From an uncultured delta proteobacterium (GTDB lineage: Bacteria > Desulfobacterota > Desulfobacteria > Desulfobacterales > QNYZ01): a DNA stretch of 64,000 bases. The position numbers and the translations under genes are program-made. Positions 42,229 to 53,184 of this stretch are shown piece by piece; position 1 is the stretch's first letter; the number at the start of each line of letters is the position of its first letter. The stretch is from assembly GCA_963845145.1 (NCBI GenBank), contig CAWJQU010000003.1, forward strand, positions 241,476 through 305,475, read 5' to 3'. The notes beneath the pieces are model-generated. The model ran no database searches, was not told the origin of the DNA, and saw nothing but the letters and a program-made list of their open reading frames with translations.

Positions 42229-43174
42229 GTGTCCTGGGCTCCTCATTAATTTGCGGACCTATAATCTGGCTCGCGTCTTTCCATTGATACCATTGGTGGG
42301 GGGCTTCGAAAATATAGCGCTCCAATATTTCCAATGATTTTTGGGAAACGGTCGTCGTTTCCGGCGCGCCTTGGCTATCCTTTAGCAGATGAAGATTCAA
42401 ACGATACCGCTGTCCGGATTGCCGTTGGACGATTCCCATAACAACCGGCGACTTGGAGCGGCGGTGAAGCATATCCAAAGTCCGATCAAAGGGAACTTTG
42501 CGTCCCAAAAACCGATTGTGCCGAAACTTACATGGACGCCATTTCTCAAATTCGTCACATTCGGTGATGATAATCTGATTGGATTTTAAAGCTTTTAACG
42601 CCTCGAACAAAACCCCCCGCCCTTCATCCACGTCAACAAGTGTAATGGGGACACCGACTGATCGCCGGACCAGTGTTCGCTTGAGGTTCTTCGTTTTAAA
42701 CCGCAGTAACATGGTTACCGTATAACCATTAAGCGCCAAGGCCAGGGGTAGAAATTCAACGGCACCATAGTGGCCGGTGACCAAAATCGCCCCTTTTCCA
42801 TCAGCCAGGGCTTTATCCAATACGCCCTGCCCTTCAAGGGATACCCGATTATTTAGAAAAAGACAGGTTCTTTTGAATCTCGAATAGGCGACAAATAACT
42901 TCTCGGCGTAATGGGCAAAAATCCCCGCGAAGGTTTCTCGAACAGTCTTTATGACTTCCGGGTCTTTTTCATGCCGCCCCAGGACGGTGCAGACATTCCG
43001 ATGGATTCTACGGCGTTCGCCTTTATTAAGGTAATAATACAATTTACCCAATACGCTGACATAGGCCTGCATCCAGGAGAGCGGTAATATCCACGTCAAG
43101 TAGGTGTTGTAGCGCCATTGCAGGAAACGGCTGATATCCAAATGTCTAAGCCAGCCACCACTTTCAGATTTCAT
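42170..43174 (-). CDS. LpxL/HtrB-like lipid acyltransferase
   Basis: GKGAILVTGHYGAVE, FLG, LERYIFEAPHQWYQW. Confidence 0.82.
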   Translation of the reverse strand: MKSESGGWLRHLDISRFLQWRYNTYLTWILPLSWMQAYVSVLGKLYYYLNKGERRRIHRNVCTVLGRHEKDPEVIKTVRETFAGIFAHYAEKLFVAYSRFKRTCLFLNNRVSLEGQGVLDKALADGKGAILVTGHYGAVEFLPLALALNGYTVTMLLRFKTKNLKRTLVRRSVGVPITLVDVDEGRGVLFEALKALKSNQIIITECDEFEKWRPCKFRHNRFLGRKVPFDRTLDMLHRRSKSPVVMGIVQRQSGQRYRLNLHLLKDSQGAPETTTVSQKSLEILERYIFEAPHQWYQWKDASQIIGPQINEEPRTRAVEDDRYIPLEDTPVHVF

Positions 43175-43202
43175 TACGATTGCCCCTTTTTAATCTGCCC
43201 AT

Positions 43203-45940
43203 TTAATGATCAAGGACTTGTCGAACCGTGGAAACCAAATCCGAGATTCTGAAAGGCTTACTCACCAATGGCGGTGGGAAACTTCCCAACGATTTCATTA
43301 AATCCTCGTTTCCACCAAAACCGCTGCAGATAATCGCTTTTATGTCGGGCTCGACCTGTTTGATCTTGTTGAGTGTCTCGGCGCCATTCAATCCGGGCAT
43401 AATCAAATCAAGAATCACCAAATCGATTTTTGACTGTTTTTCTTTGTAAAGCGCCAATGCTTCCAGGCCGTCTTTGGCTAATAATACCTGATAACCGTAG
43501 AGGGTCAGGATCTCGGCGCCAAGGTTACGGACCAGATCTTCATCATCAGCGATCAACACTGTTTCCGTTCCACCATGCATCGAGCGGGGTGGATCGACAA
43601 TTTCCAGTTGGACTTCTTCCAACGTAGCGGGAAAGAGAAGGTCGAAGGTTGTCCCCTTTCCTATTTTACTTTCGACAAAAACATGCCCATCACAGTTCTT
43701 AACGATGGCGTAAACCATCGCCAACCCGAGCCCGGACCCTTTGCCCACCGGTTTGGTAGTAAAAAACGGGTCGAAAATTCGATCCAACACATCATTCGGT
43801 ATGCCGGTGCCGTCGTCTTGCACACGTAAACGCATGTAACGGTGGTCGCCCGCAATGGCCTGCCGATAGCGTCTATTTTCCTTTTCTTTCATATCAATCG
43901 GCGCCGTTGAGACAGTTAACCTTCCGCCGTTGGGCATGGCATCCCTGGCGTTTAAGCAAAGGTTGACCAAGGCTTGCTGCACCTGGGTTGCATTCCCCTT
44001 GATGGCCGGTAAATCAGAGGCTAAATCCAAGTTAAGGTCCACGCCCTTGCCAAGGGAGCTTTCCAACAGATGTAACATGTCGTTGATGACCCGATTTATG
44101 ATAAATATCTGGGCGCCATCAGGTTCCGTGTTTTTACTGAACGCCATTAATTGCCGTACGATATCGGCAGCCCGAAGCCCTGAAGTCTCAATGATGTCCA
44201 GATATTTGTTCAGCTTGTCATTCGAAGCCAAATGCTGCTTCATCAGGGATCCACTCTCAAGAATCATCGTGAGAATGTTGTTAAAATCGTGGGCAATCCC
44301 ACTAGCCATGGTACCAATACTGTCCATTTTTTGTTGATGCAGGATGCGGTCTTCCAGTTCCTTTTTATCGGTAATATCGGTAATGGTCGCAAAACTGCCA
44401 TGATAGCTGCCGTTTTCCCTGACCGGAACACTACTTACAATGGTAAACACCGGTTTGCCATCATTGTGCACCATCTGGAGCTCTTCCTGGATCACCTGGC
44501 CTTGTTGGTTAAGTTTTAAAATTTCGGCCAATTTTGTGCGGTCATCTTGAAAAACAAAATCGGATATATTTCTACCCACAATACTTCGAGACCCCAGCAT
44601 GCTAGTCATCCGCCCGTTGGCAAAGGTAATTCGGTCTTCATCGTCAAGCACCCAAATCCCCTCATGGGCATTTTCCACCAACTCTCTATATTTTTTTTCA
44701 GATTGTTCCAACTGCCGGTAAAGGTCCACATTGGATAAAGCAATGGCGATCTGATTGGAGTAGCTGGTGAGAAAGTCTTTTTCTTCCGTCAGCGCTTGAC
44801 TGGTGGGCGTAAATTGATCACCGACCAAAACGCCGATTACCTTATCCCGGGCAATCAATGGCAATACAATGAATCCTTTTGGCGTAAACTTCTTCACGAG
44901 GCGATTGGTCAGATTAATGGGGTAGTGGTTGACATCATCGACAATTTCAGCGGCTCCGGTCCGAGCCACCCGTGCCAGGATATTGGACTCTTTATCCAAT
45001 GGCACGCCATAGTCTTTGATATCATTGAGGTCACTCTGCTCGATCCCTTTGGCATGGGCCAAACAAAGTGTTTTATTTTTTTCATTCAACAAAAAGATCG
45101 CCGCGCGATCCAAGGAGGACACTTTCACCAATTGCGACAGGATAGATTTCATCAGCTTATTTCGATCCAGGATGGAAAGGATCGCGGTGCCCGATTGCTG
45201 AAAACTGATAAGACGGTTGAGTTGTGATTCAAGCTGAATGTTGAGGTGGTGAACTTCACTGTATTTTTCTTTTAAAAGCGCCTTGTCGCGTTCAAGCTCT
45301 TCAATGGATGCTTTTGCGATTGTCCATGGAATGAAAAGGCGCCTTAGCGACCCTCTGAGCGAAGAAGGGCGCTGCCAGGTGATATCATATTCGCAATATG
45401 CATCGCCTTTAAAAAAACACTTTCGCTCCACCAATTCACAGGGGGGGTCCTTCCAAATGACGGGAACAGCTGTATACACGCCCTTGTTCATTGAGCAAAA
45501 ATCGGAGGTAACCGGAACATCCTTAAACCACTTAAGCCTAACGATCACACCATCTTTTTTTCGATCGACTATTTCAACGGTTTTATTCCGGTTAAATTTG
45601 TCGTTGAGATTTTGCAAACGCTCGATGATGCGCCGCGATGGCGATATTGGAAAAACAGAACGCGCTGGATATACCCCAATCGGCGTCTGGCCACAGATTC
45701 ATAACCGATATCGTAAACGATATCACTTTTATTAAAAAGGTCTTTGGTCTTGTTGTATAACGCAATCAGGACTTCGGTGGAGATCCAATTATTGGGGTCG
45801 GATAAAAAGGCTTTTAAATCCTCAACTTCCGGAAAGATGGGCTTGACCGATTCCAGCAGGGGGGCAACCAGCGAGGCATCATGTGCTTCAACAAAGTCAA
45901 TGACCGCTTTGGTATTGATGCAGCTATTATGCCTCTCCAT
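43203..45940 (-). pseudogene. Hybrid histidine kinase (V4R/HNOB-like, GAF, PAS, HisKA, HATPase, REC) split by one frameshift near 45630-45660; possibly a sequencing error
   Basis: ORFs 45569-45940 and 43203-45617 overlap in different frames; ERKCFFKGDAYCEYDITW, IAHDFNN, PFFTTK, GSGLGL, LDLIMP. Confidence 0.8.
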
Positions 45941-46228
45941 GGGTACAAGCCTTCTTTGATCGAATGTCTCTGGAAAACAGTTATATCTCTAATTTCATCT
46001 CAATTGAACGCATTTCGGAAGCATCGATCAGGATATGGAGGCCAGGCTCGTTTTAACCAGTGGGGAGAAACCATACAGGTGTCCGGATCATTTTTTTCAC
46101 CCTTTGCATATAATCTGGCCAACCCTGTTAGGAAACATTTTGCTTATAATGAGAATAAGTATTCATAGGTCTTTCTGTTGGATCTGTCAAACACTAATAT
46201 GGCCAAATGTTCAACAAAAAAAGCCGTT

Positions 46229-46939
46229 CTACTTCCAGGCGTAGATGACGAGGCTTTTCCCCATCAAGGGATTTAACAATCGGTCAACCTTTCGAAGTAC
46301 CGCCGGTTGCTGCATGATTTCCCAGGTTAAAAAACGCTCGTAGATCCGAATCAGCCTTCTATCGTTTCGGGTCGGTCCGAGAAGGCATTTTAACCACCAA
46401 TAAGGCGTGTGAAGACTATGCGCAAAGTGTTTTCGCCGCGGCTTAAAACCCGCCTCTGCAAGCAGCGTAACCAATTTGCGTTCGCGATAAATGCGAACAT
46501 GTCCCCCCGGACTCATGCGATATTCCGGCGAGAGAAACCAGCATATTCGTTCAGGATAATATCGGGGAACACTGACGGCCAGCTCACCATCCGCTTTCAA
46601 TACGCGGTACAGCTCATCAACCGCTGTGCGAGGCAAAAGAAGGTGTTCGAGTACTTCCGAGCAGATCACCAGATCAAAGCATCCATCGATAAAGGGCAAA
46701 TGGTTTATATCCATGGCACCCAAATCCCACGTACCGCCCTGATGGGTGTTCAGCCGATCATGCAGTTCCAAACGTTCACGGGCTTTTAAGAGATCGTCCC
46801 ATTGTTTATCGCCGGCGACAACGGAAATTTTTTCATGGTCGTAAAGTGCCCCGGTATGACGGCCACTACCGCACCCAATATCCAGAACACGATCGCCGGA
46901 TTGAAGTTCGATGAGGTTAAGATCGATGGTGATCATCAA
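46229..46939 (-). CDS. Class I SAM-dependent methyltransferase
   Basis: VLDIGCGSGRH, FDLVICSEVLEH, GGHVRIY, HSLHTPYWWLKC. Confidence 0.9.
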   Translation of the reverse strand: MMITIDLNLIELQSGDRVLDIGCGSGRHTGALYDHEKISVVAGDKQWDDLLKARERLELHDRLNTHQGGTWDLGAMDINHLPFIDGCFDLVICSEVLEHLLLPRTAVDELYRVLKADGELAVSVPRYYPERICWFLSPEYRMSPGGHVRIYRERKLVTLLAEAGFKPRRKHFAHSLHTPYWWLKCLLGPTRNDRRLIRIYERFLTWEIMQQPAVLRKVDRLLNPLMGKSLVIYAWK

Positions 46940-48179
46940 TCGCCTTTTTATAAACCGTTATGGTTTTCTTCGCGGTTTGTCGCCATGAAAACTGTTTTGT
47001 CGCCCGCTCCAGCCCGGCCATTCCGAGTTCAGCCCTTCGCTCGGGGTTTTCCATCAAGTCGTCAATGGCGCAGGCCAGGGCCTTATGGTCTGCCGGGGGG
47101 ACAAGTACACCGGCGTTCCCCACAACTTCAGGTAGCGCCCCACCAGTGGTACTGATGACGGGAACGCCACACGCCATGGCCTCAGCCGCCGGCAGACCGA
47201 AACCTTCATACACGGATGGAATAACGGCCATAGTAGCGCGTGCATACTCCTTTACGAACGAATCGTCATCGAGTCTTCCTGTAAACGTAATGCAATCACC
47301 TATGCCCAATTCACGAATCAACTGCTTGATTGATCCATTTTTTTTCAATGTCCCCACAACAATCAGCCGTAGGTTTCTCTTTTTCTTTAAAGACGCGACG
47401 GCACGGAGCAGATACCCCAGCCCCTTCAATGGGACATCGGCACTATTTATGGTCATCACACGATTTTTCTCGCGACTCACGGCGGGCATTGGTCGAAATA
47501 AGGCAAGATCCACGCCGTTGGGGATGACGGTTAAACGGCCTCGATCGATCTTGAATTGATCGGCAATATCGTTTCGGGCATTGTGCGAGACGGTAATAAT
47601 TGAGCGAAAGGCTCGGGCTACCCGAATCTGCATTCGAAGAAAGGTATGCCATCTGAGCTGTTGGACCTTGCGAACAAAGGAGGATGCGGATCGAACGGCA
47701 ATGGCCCGATCCACTGAGATGGGATGGTGAATGGTGGTCACCAACGGCAAAAGGGCGTGCATGCTTTGAACGCCGTAGGAAAGTCCCTGGTTATCGTGAA
47801 TAATATCAAATTCACCGGTGCGAGCAAAGATGTGCTTATAGGCCCGAATACCGAATGTAAACGGCTCTGGAAACCCGCCGGTAATGACCCCTAACCACTC
47901 CATAAGGTTAACCGGATCGGCCAACTCTTTCAGACTCGGCGTGCGAAAAGGGTCATTGGGATTGTAAAGATCGAGTCCTAAAATTCGATATGTCGGAACA
48001 TCCGGCAAAAGCGACAGCCCCGGTGGGCCAATAATCAAGGACACCCGGTGACCTAAGCCGACAAGCTCGCGGGCAAGGTTTTTAAGGTAGATCCCCTGCC
48101 CCCCGCTGTGGGGATTGCTACGATAACTGAGCAGGCCGATTTTCAATGGTCTTTGACAAGGTAAGGGGTGTTTCGTCAT
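46917..48179 (-). CDS. GT4 glycosyltransferase
   Basis: SYRSNPHSGGQGIY, HDNQ, LKG, PSVYEGFGLPAAEAMACG. Confidence 0.92.
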   Translation of the reverse strand: MTKHPLPCQRPLKIGLLSYRSNPHSGGQGIYLKNLARELVGLGHRVSLIIGPPGLSLLPDVPTYRILGLDLYNPNDPFRTPSLKELADPVNLMEWLGVITGGFPEPFTFGIRAYKHIFARTGEFDIIHDNQGLSYGVQSMHALLPLVTTIHHPISVDRAIAVRSASSFVRKVQQLRWHTFLRMQIRVARAFRSIITVSHNARNDIADQFKIDRGRLTVIPNGVDLALFRPMPAVSREKNRVMTINSADVPLKGLGYLLRAVASLKKKRNLRLIVVGTLKKNGSIKQLIRELGIGDCITFTGRLDDDSFVKEYARATMAVIPSVYEGFGLPAAEAMACGVPVISTTGGALPEVVGNAGVLVPPADHKALACAIDDLMENPERRAELGMAGLERATKQFSWRQTAKKTITVYKKAIDDHHRS

Positions 48180-49306
48180 GCCTTTACAATATCCCCATTA
48201 CCATCGGATAGTGATGCAAGGAGGTTGTCATAAGCGCCAATCTGCTGCGCCCAGGTATATTTTTGCACATGCGCGGACAGCCCGATTCTCAATTCGGCAA
48301 ATCGATTGGGTTCGGTAAGGACGCCAATCAATTTTTCAGCCAAATCCTCTTTGTCCCGGTACAGACACTCGCCATGATACTGCGCGTCAATGATCTCGGG
48401 ATATGCCAATCGATTTGGCAAAAGCGGAAAACAACCGGCGCCAATTGCTTCAATGACCGCCAAACCAAAATTTTCCTGGAGTGCCGTACTAATGATTACG
48501 GTTCCCTGTCTCAGCCATTTCAAATAACTGGATCGATCGGATTCATATCCATATTGCACAATCCGCTGCCCATACTTATCCCGGGCCGCAAGAAATTCCT
48601 TGGGCACCGCCTGAAAATTTTCACCTAAAAGGGCCAACCGGAAATCAAGTCCCTGGGCCAGTACGGCATCCACAGCTTCGAAAAAAGTTTTTGGATCTTT
48701 ATCGAATTCCCAGCGATGATTCCATATAATCAGTGGTGGCTCTGTAGAAGATAGTTTTTCCAAAGATGTGTCCCCAGGCAAGGGAAGGTCAACCCCCGGA
48801 TAGAGGACACCGGCCTTTCGGCGAATGGCATCGACAACCCAACGCGGACGAAATTCGGGGAGCCGTGGTATAAACGCCGAAAGTGCCGCGAAAAAAGCGT
48901 CTTGATGGGTTTTAGAGTTAAACCGAATCAGATCTGCCGTCAGGGCGGTGGTAATGTCAGTAAATCCGAAGTGAAAATCACGGGTCTCGCCGGGAGCCAG
49001 CGGATAGGTGAGCTGGTTTTCATGAAAATAGACCAGGGTTGGGGGGCATTCAGGTCCGGCGAGCGCCTTAAAATCGGCAAAACTCATCAGATCCGATACA
49101 ATCAGAACATCGTACCGGCTTAACGTGTCGATCCGTTGAGAAAAATATAAGGCTGCGCCCCGCATGCGCCATTTCCAGAATCGGGCCGGCAGGGTCAAAA
49201 GGTCAATCCGGTGTCGCGAATGGGCCTTTAATCCATTGGCAAAAGCATGGTGGGAGCCACCATAGAAAGGCTCGAGAAATAAACAGTTCAGGGATTTTTT
49301 TGGCAA
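48176..49306 (-). CDS. DUF3524/GTDC1-like glycosyltransferase
   Basis: EPFYGGSH, LPARFWKWRMRG, YFHENQLTYP, WNHRWEFDK, ENFGLAVIEA, RLAYPE. Confidence 0.85.
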   Translation of the reverse strand: MPKKSLNCLFLEPFYGGSHHAFANGLKAHSRHRIDLLTLPARFWKWRMRGAALYFSQRIDTLSRYDVLIVSDLMSFADFKALAGPECPPTLVYFHENQLTYPLAPGETRDFHFGFTDITTALTADLIRFNSKTHQDAFFAALSAFIPRLPEFRPRWVVDAIRRKAGVLYPGVDLPLPGDTSLEKLSSTEPPLIIWNHRWEFDKDPKTFFEAVDAVLAQGLDFRLALLGENFQAVPKEFLAARDKYGQRIVQYGYESDRSSYLKWLRQGTVIISTALQENFGLAVIEAIGAGCFPLLPNRLAYPEIIDAQYHGECLYRDKEDLAEKLIGVLTEPNRFAELRIGLSAHVQKYTWAQQIGAYDNLLASLSDGNGDIVKA

Positions 49307-49314
49307 TGCAGAGA

Positions 49315-49659
49315 CTAACTCGAGGCCGAGTTATCAGCCGGGTTTACCTTATTTAAAATCACGCCGCTGCTATCCAGAAGGTAGAGATAAAATCCGTTGG
49401 CGCCCGCTTGTTCAAACAAGTCATCTTTGTGAATGGCCTGCACTTCGTATTTCAGCGCGGGATCCTTGGCCATCAGGGGCAGGCATTGGTACGCATCTTC
49501 TTTTTGGCGAAAAACCGGTATAAACGAAATATCCGCCTCATCATCATGCTGTCCTAAATATATCTCTTCTTCCTTGGAAGCCTGAACGACAATATAAACC
49601 CAGTCGGCATTGTTAGAACCCGCATTGATAGAATCAGGTTGCTTTGGATCATTTATCAC
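49315..49659 (-). CDS. Hypothetical protein
   Basis: 114-aa ORF with AGGAG RBS, 8 bp upstream of the GT operon. Confidence 0.7.
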   Translation of the reverse strand: MINDPKQPDSINAGSNNADWVYIVVQASKEEEIYLGQHDDEADISFIPVFRQKEDAYQCLPLMAKDPALKYEVQAIHKDDLFEQAGANGFYLYLLDSSGVILNKVNPADNSASS

Positions 49660-49963
49660 CGGACCACTCCTGCTTTTCGGCCAATTAAATTAAGGAAAAC
49701 AAATAGTTTATCAGAGCCGAATTATATAACGTTGGGGAAAGATGTCAACTCCAGAGCACGCTATCATCTTCGGCCGATCGTGTTTATTTATTTTAAGGCC
49801 GCACGAATCCCATGATGAATGTACTTACGTTTGGCAATCCCTTGTTGTTACCGGAATCTTTTTTTATACCCCACATAAAATAAAGCGGCGCTTGCCGGAG
49901 AATCATACCGGTTCCTTGAAAACCCAATTTGGTATGATTATAATCTCGGCCAAGGAGACGATT

Positions 49964-51717
49964 ATGGAAAAAATTCCCGATGCCAAGGAAATCGAGAAAG
50001 ATATCAGCGATTTTCTGTCCAAAAAATATGGTGGTGCGGTGCGGATGATTACACCGGTGGTAATGCCCCAAACCGAAACGACAACCGATGGTGAGAAGCC
50101 GGCCCCACCCAAAAAGACCATCCACTTCGATTTAACACCCGAGGCGCTGATCGGCTACCTGGATCAATACATCGTTAAACAGGATCGCGCCAAGGAGATT
50201 CTGTCAACCAAGATCTGCACCCATTTCAACCGGATTCAGCGGGCACTGGATGCACCTGAAACCGTCACCGATATGGTCGGTAGTATCAAAAACAACATCT
50301 TGATGATCGGCCCCACCGGCGTGGGCAAAACCTATATGATCAAACTGATTGCCAAAAAAATCGGGGTACCGTTTGTCAAAGGCGATGCCACCAAGTTCAG
50401 TGAAACCGGATATGTCGGCGGCGATGTGGAAGACCTGGTCACGAGATCTGGTACGCGAGGCCGACGATGATATCGAGCTGGCCCAATACGGTATCATTTA
50501 CATTGATGAAATCGACAAAATCGCCGGCAGCCGTAACATCATCGGTGCAGATGTATCCCGAACAGGCGTCCAGCGAGCCCTGCTAAAACCCATGGAAGAG
50601 ACCGAAGTGGACCTCAAAGTGCCCCACGATCCGATTTCCATGTTTCAGGAGATCGAAAGTTTCCGCAAAACCGGTGATCGTGAAAAACGCGCCGTAAACA
50701 CCAAAAACATCCTGTTTATCATGAGTGGCGCGTTTTCGGAATTATCTGAAATAATCAGATAAACGAATGCGAAACAGGGAATCGGTTTTGGCGCTCCACT
50801 CAAGAAGACCCAAGATCCGTCCGGAAATCCTGTCCCATGTCATGTCGGAAGATTTGATCAAGTTTGGGTTTGAATCCGAATTTGTGGGACGGCTGCCGGT
50901 ACGGGCCGTTTTCGAACGGTTGACGAAGACCGACCTTTTCGAGATTTTAAAAAATCCCAATAACCCCATTATTCTAGGGAAAAAACTCGATTTTGCCGCT
51001 TACGACATTGATATCAAATTTGGCAATGAGGTCTTGGCTGGATTGGCCCGCAGCGCCTACAGCGAAAATACCGGTGCCCGGGGACTGGTCAGTGCGGTGG
51101 AAAATGCGTTACTGACATTTGAACGCCGAATGCCGTCAATGGATATCCGACTGTTTCCCGCTACCCAATCTGTTTTGGATGAGCCTAAACAATTTTTGAA
51201 AAAAAACACCAACCCGGACCATAAAGACAGCTTGCAAGCGGATTTCGACCATCTGTCCGAATTGGAGCGAGAATCGATAAAAAAATATGTCCATGCCAAC
51301 AAAGACCGGCTCTCTACCCGGTACAACCTTACGTTAACTGAATCGCGTATTAATCTCGTTGCCGATTTCTATTCGAAGTACATTTTGGACATCGATCGCA
51401 TTTTTTCAAAACTAAAAGGCTATTACGACGAAGCCATGAAGGTGGAACTCATTTTCCTGAAAGACAATGAAATCAGTATCGTTCTGGAAAATGATGCCGT
51501 CGACATGATCATCGAAAGCCTGGCATACGAGTCGACCACCCAGGACGATCTGCAAAAACGCTTAACGGATGATTTTGCCCTGGGCTTTAAACTCATTCGT
51601 GAAAAGACGGGTAAAGATCGCTTTTTCATCACCCGCCAAGCCCTTTTCGATCCGGAAAAATATATCAATCGTTTGATTCAAACAGAGTTGAAAAATACAC
51701 CGCCTGACACGGGGTGA
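49964..51717 (+). pseudogene. ClpX-like AAA+ ATPase interrupted by several single-base indels (possibly assembly errors)
   Basis: GPTGVGKT, ETGYVGGDVE, IDEIDKI, GVQRALLK, KQGIGFG, EFVGRLP, TGARGL spread over three frames; indels near 50441, 50760-50769 and 50823. Confidence 0.85.
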
Positions 51718-51774
51718 AACGGTTTCAAATAGTCCCGACCCGACCACTCGCATGAGGCATCGTCAATAAATTTT

Positions 51775-51828
51775 CGGGGAAGGCGGTCACTGTTTTGATG
51801 AACAGACCCCTTCCCCGCTTTTTCTTTT
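51775..51828 (+). terminator. Probable intrinsic terminator
   Basis: CGGGGAAGG...CCTTCCCCG stem followed by CTTTTTCTTTT. Confidence 0.7.
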
Positions 51829-51969
51829 CAACCGCTTGCTTCATGTGTTACGTAAGGTTTAGGATCTTATTTTGGTAATTGACACGATGATGAGTTATTA
51901 GAATAAATTTCTGTTTTATATATTATTTTAAGATATTATAAATACTTTATTAATGTAAAAGGTTAAATT

Positions 51970-53157
51970 ATGATCGGTATTTCCAAGCTCTATTGCGGTA
52001 CTGTGGAACCGTCCGATGCTTTGCGTTATGGTCGCCACTCGGGAAAACTTCCCTCTCATTTGCTTCAATTTTCCAAGGATAAGCGGCCGGTAGTGGTCTG
52101 GAATATCACGCGACGGTGCAACCTGAAATGCGTCCATTGTTATGCCCATGCGAAAAGCAAAGCCGATGACGATGAATTAACCACGGCCGAGGGCAAGGCA
52201 TTACTGGACGATCTGGCGGATTTTGGTGTCCCGGTGGTCCTTTTTTCAGGTGGCGAACCGCTCATGCGTGAAGATTTACCGGAACTGGCCGCCTATGCGG
52301 TTGAAAAAAAGATGCGCGCGGTGATCTCCACCAACGGCACCAAGATTTCGGCGGATACAGCCAAAACCTTGAAGTCCATCGGTCTTTCCTATGTTGGTAT
52401 CAGTCTGGACGGAATGGAGGCGATTAACGATCGTTTTAGGGCCGTCAAGGGTGCTTTTAAAATGGCCATGGAGGGAATCGAAAACTGCCAGGCAGCGGGG
52501 ATAAAGGTCGGGCTTCGGTTTACCATCAATAAATTTAATCGTGATGAAATCCCAAAAATATTTGATTTGATTGAAGAGCGCAACATTCCCCGGGCCTGTT
52601 TTTATCATCTTGTTTATGCGGGCCGGGGATCCAATCTGATCAAGGAAGACCTCTCTCTCGAGGAATCCCGCCATGTGGTCGATCAGATTATGGAACGCAC
52701 CCGGGCCCTGTGCGATGCGGGCAAACCCAAAGAGATTCTCACCGTAGATAACCACGCCGACGGCCCCTACGTTTACTTAAAGCTGCTCAAAGAAGATCCC
52801 GAACGGGCCGCTCAAGTGTACGAACTCTTAAAAATGAACGAAGGCAACAGTTCTGGTCGCGGTATCGGTTGTGTCAGCTGGGATGGTCAGGTGTATGCCG
52901 ATCAGTTCTGGCGCCATCATAGTTTTGGGAACATAAAAGATCGACCTTTCTCCGAAATCTGGTCCGACACTTCCGAACCGCTGATGCAAAGGCTTAAGGT
53001 AAAGAAAGAATACGTTACCGGCCGATGCGCCACCTGCCGCTGGCTCGATGTCTGTGGCGGCAATTTCCGGGTACGGGCCGAAGCGGCCACCGGTGATTTA
53101 TGGGCGCCGGACCCGGCCTGTTACCTGACCGATGACGAGATTGCGCAAACCATATAA
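51970..53157 (+). CDS. ahbC: Radical SAM 12,18-didecarboxysiroheme deacetylase
   Basis: MIGISKLY, PVVVWNITRRCNLKCVHCY, VDNHADG, SPASM Cys motifs; adjacent to hemB. Confidence 0.92.
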   Translation: MIGISKLYCGTVEPSDALRYGRHSGKLPSHLLQFSKDKRPVVVWNITRRCNLKCVHCYAHAKSKADDDELTTAEGKALLDDLADFGVPVVLFSGGEPLMREDLPELAAYAVEKKMRAVISTNGTKISADTAKTLKSIGLSYVGISLDGMEAINDRFRAVKGAFKMAMEGIENCQAAGIKVGLRFTINKFNRDEIPKIFDLIEERNIPRACFYHLVYAGRGSNLIKEDLSLEESRHVVDQIMERTRALCDAGKPKEILTVDNHADGPYVYLKLLKEDPERAAQVYELLKMNEGNSSGRGIGCVSWDGQVYADQFWRHHSFGNIKDRPFSEIWSDTSEPLMQRLKVKKEYVTGRCATCRWLDVCGGNFRVRAEAATGDLWAPDPACYLTDDEIAQTI

Positions 53158-53184
53158 CCTGATTTAACAATGCAAGGATCATCG

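Noticed and set aside
45630..45660. Programmed frameshift or phase variation in the kinase
   Set aside because: Only a 5-base homopolymer and no clear slippery heptamer; other indels nearby point to error or decay
50760..50762. Stop-codon recoding in the ClpX-like gene
   Set aside because: The codon is TAA and is explained by a compensating insertion/deletion pair
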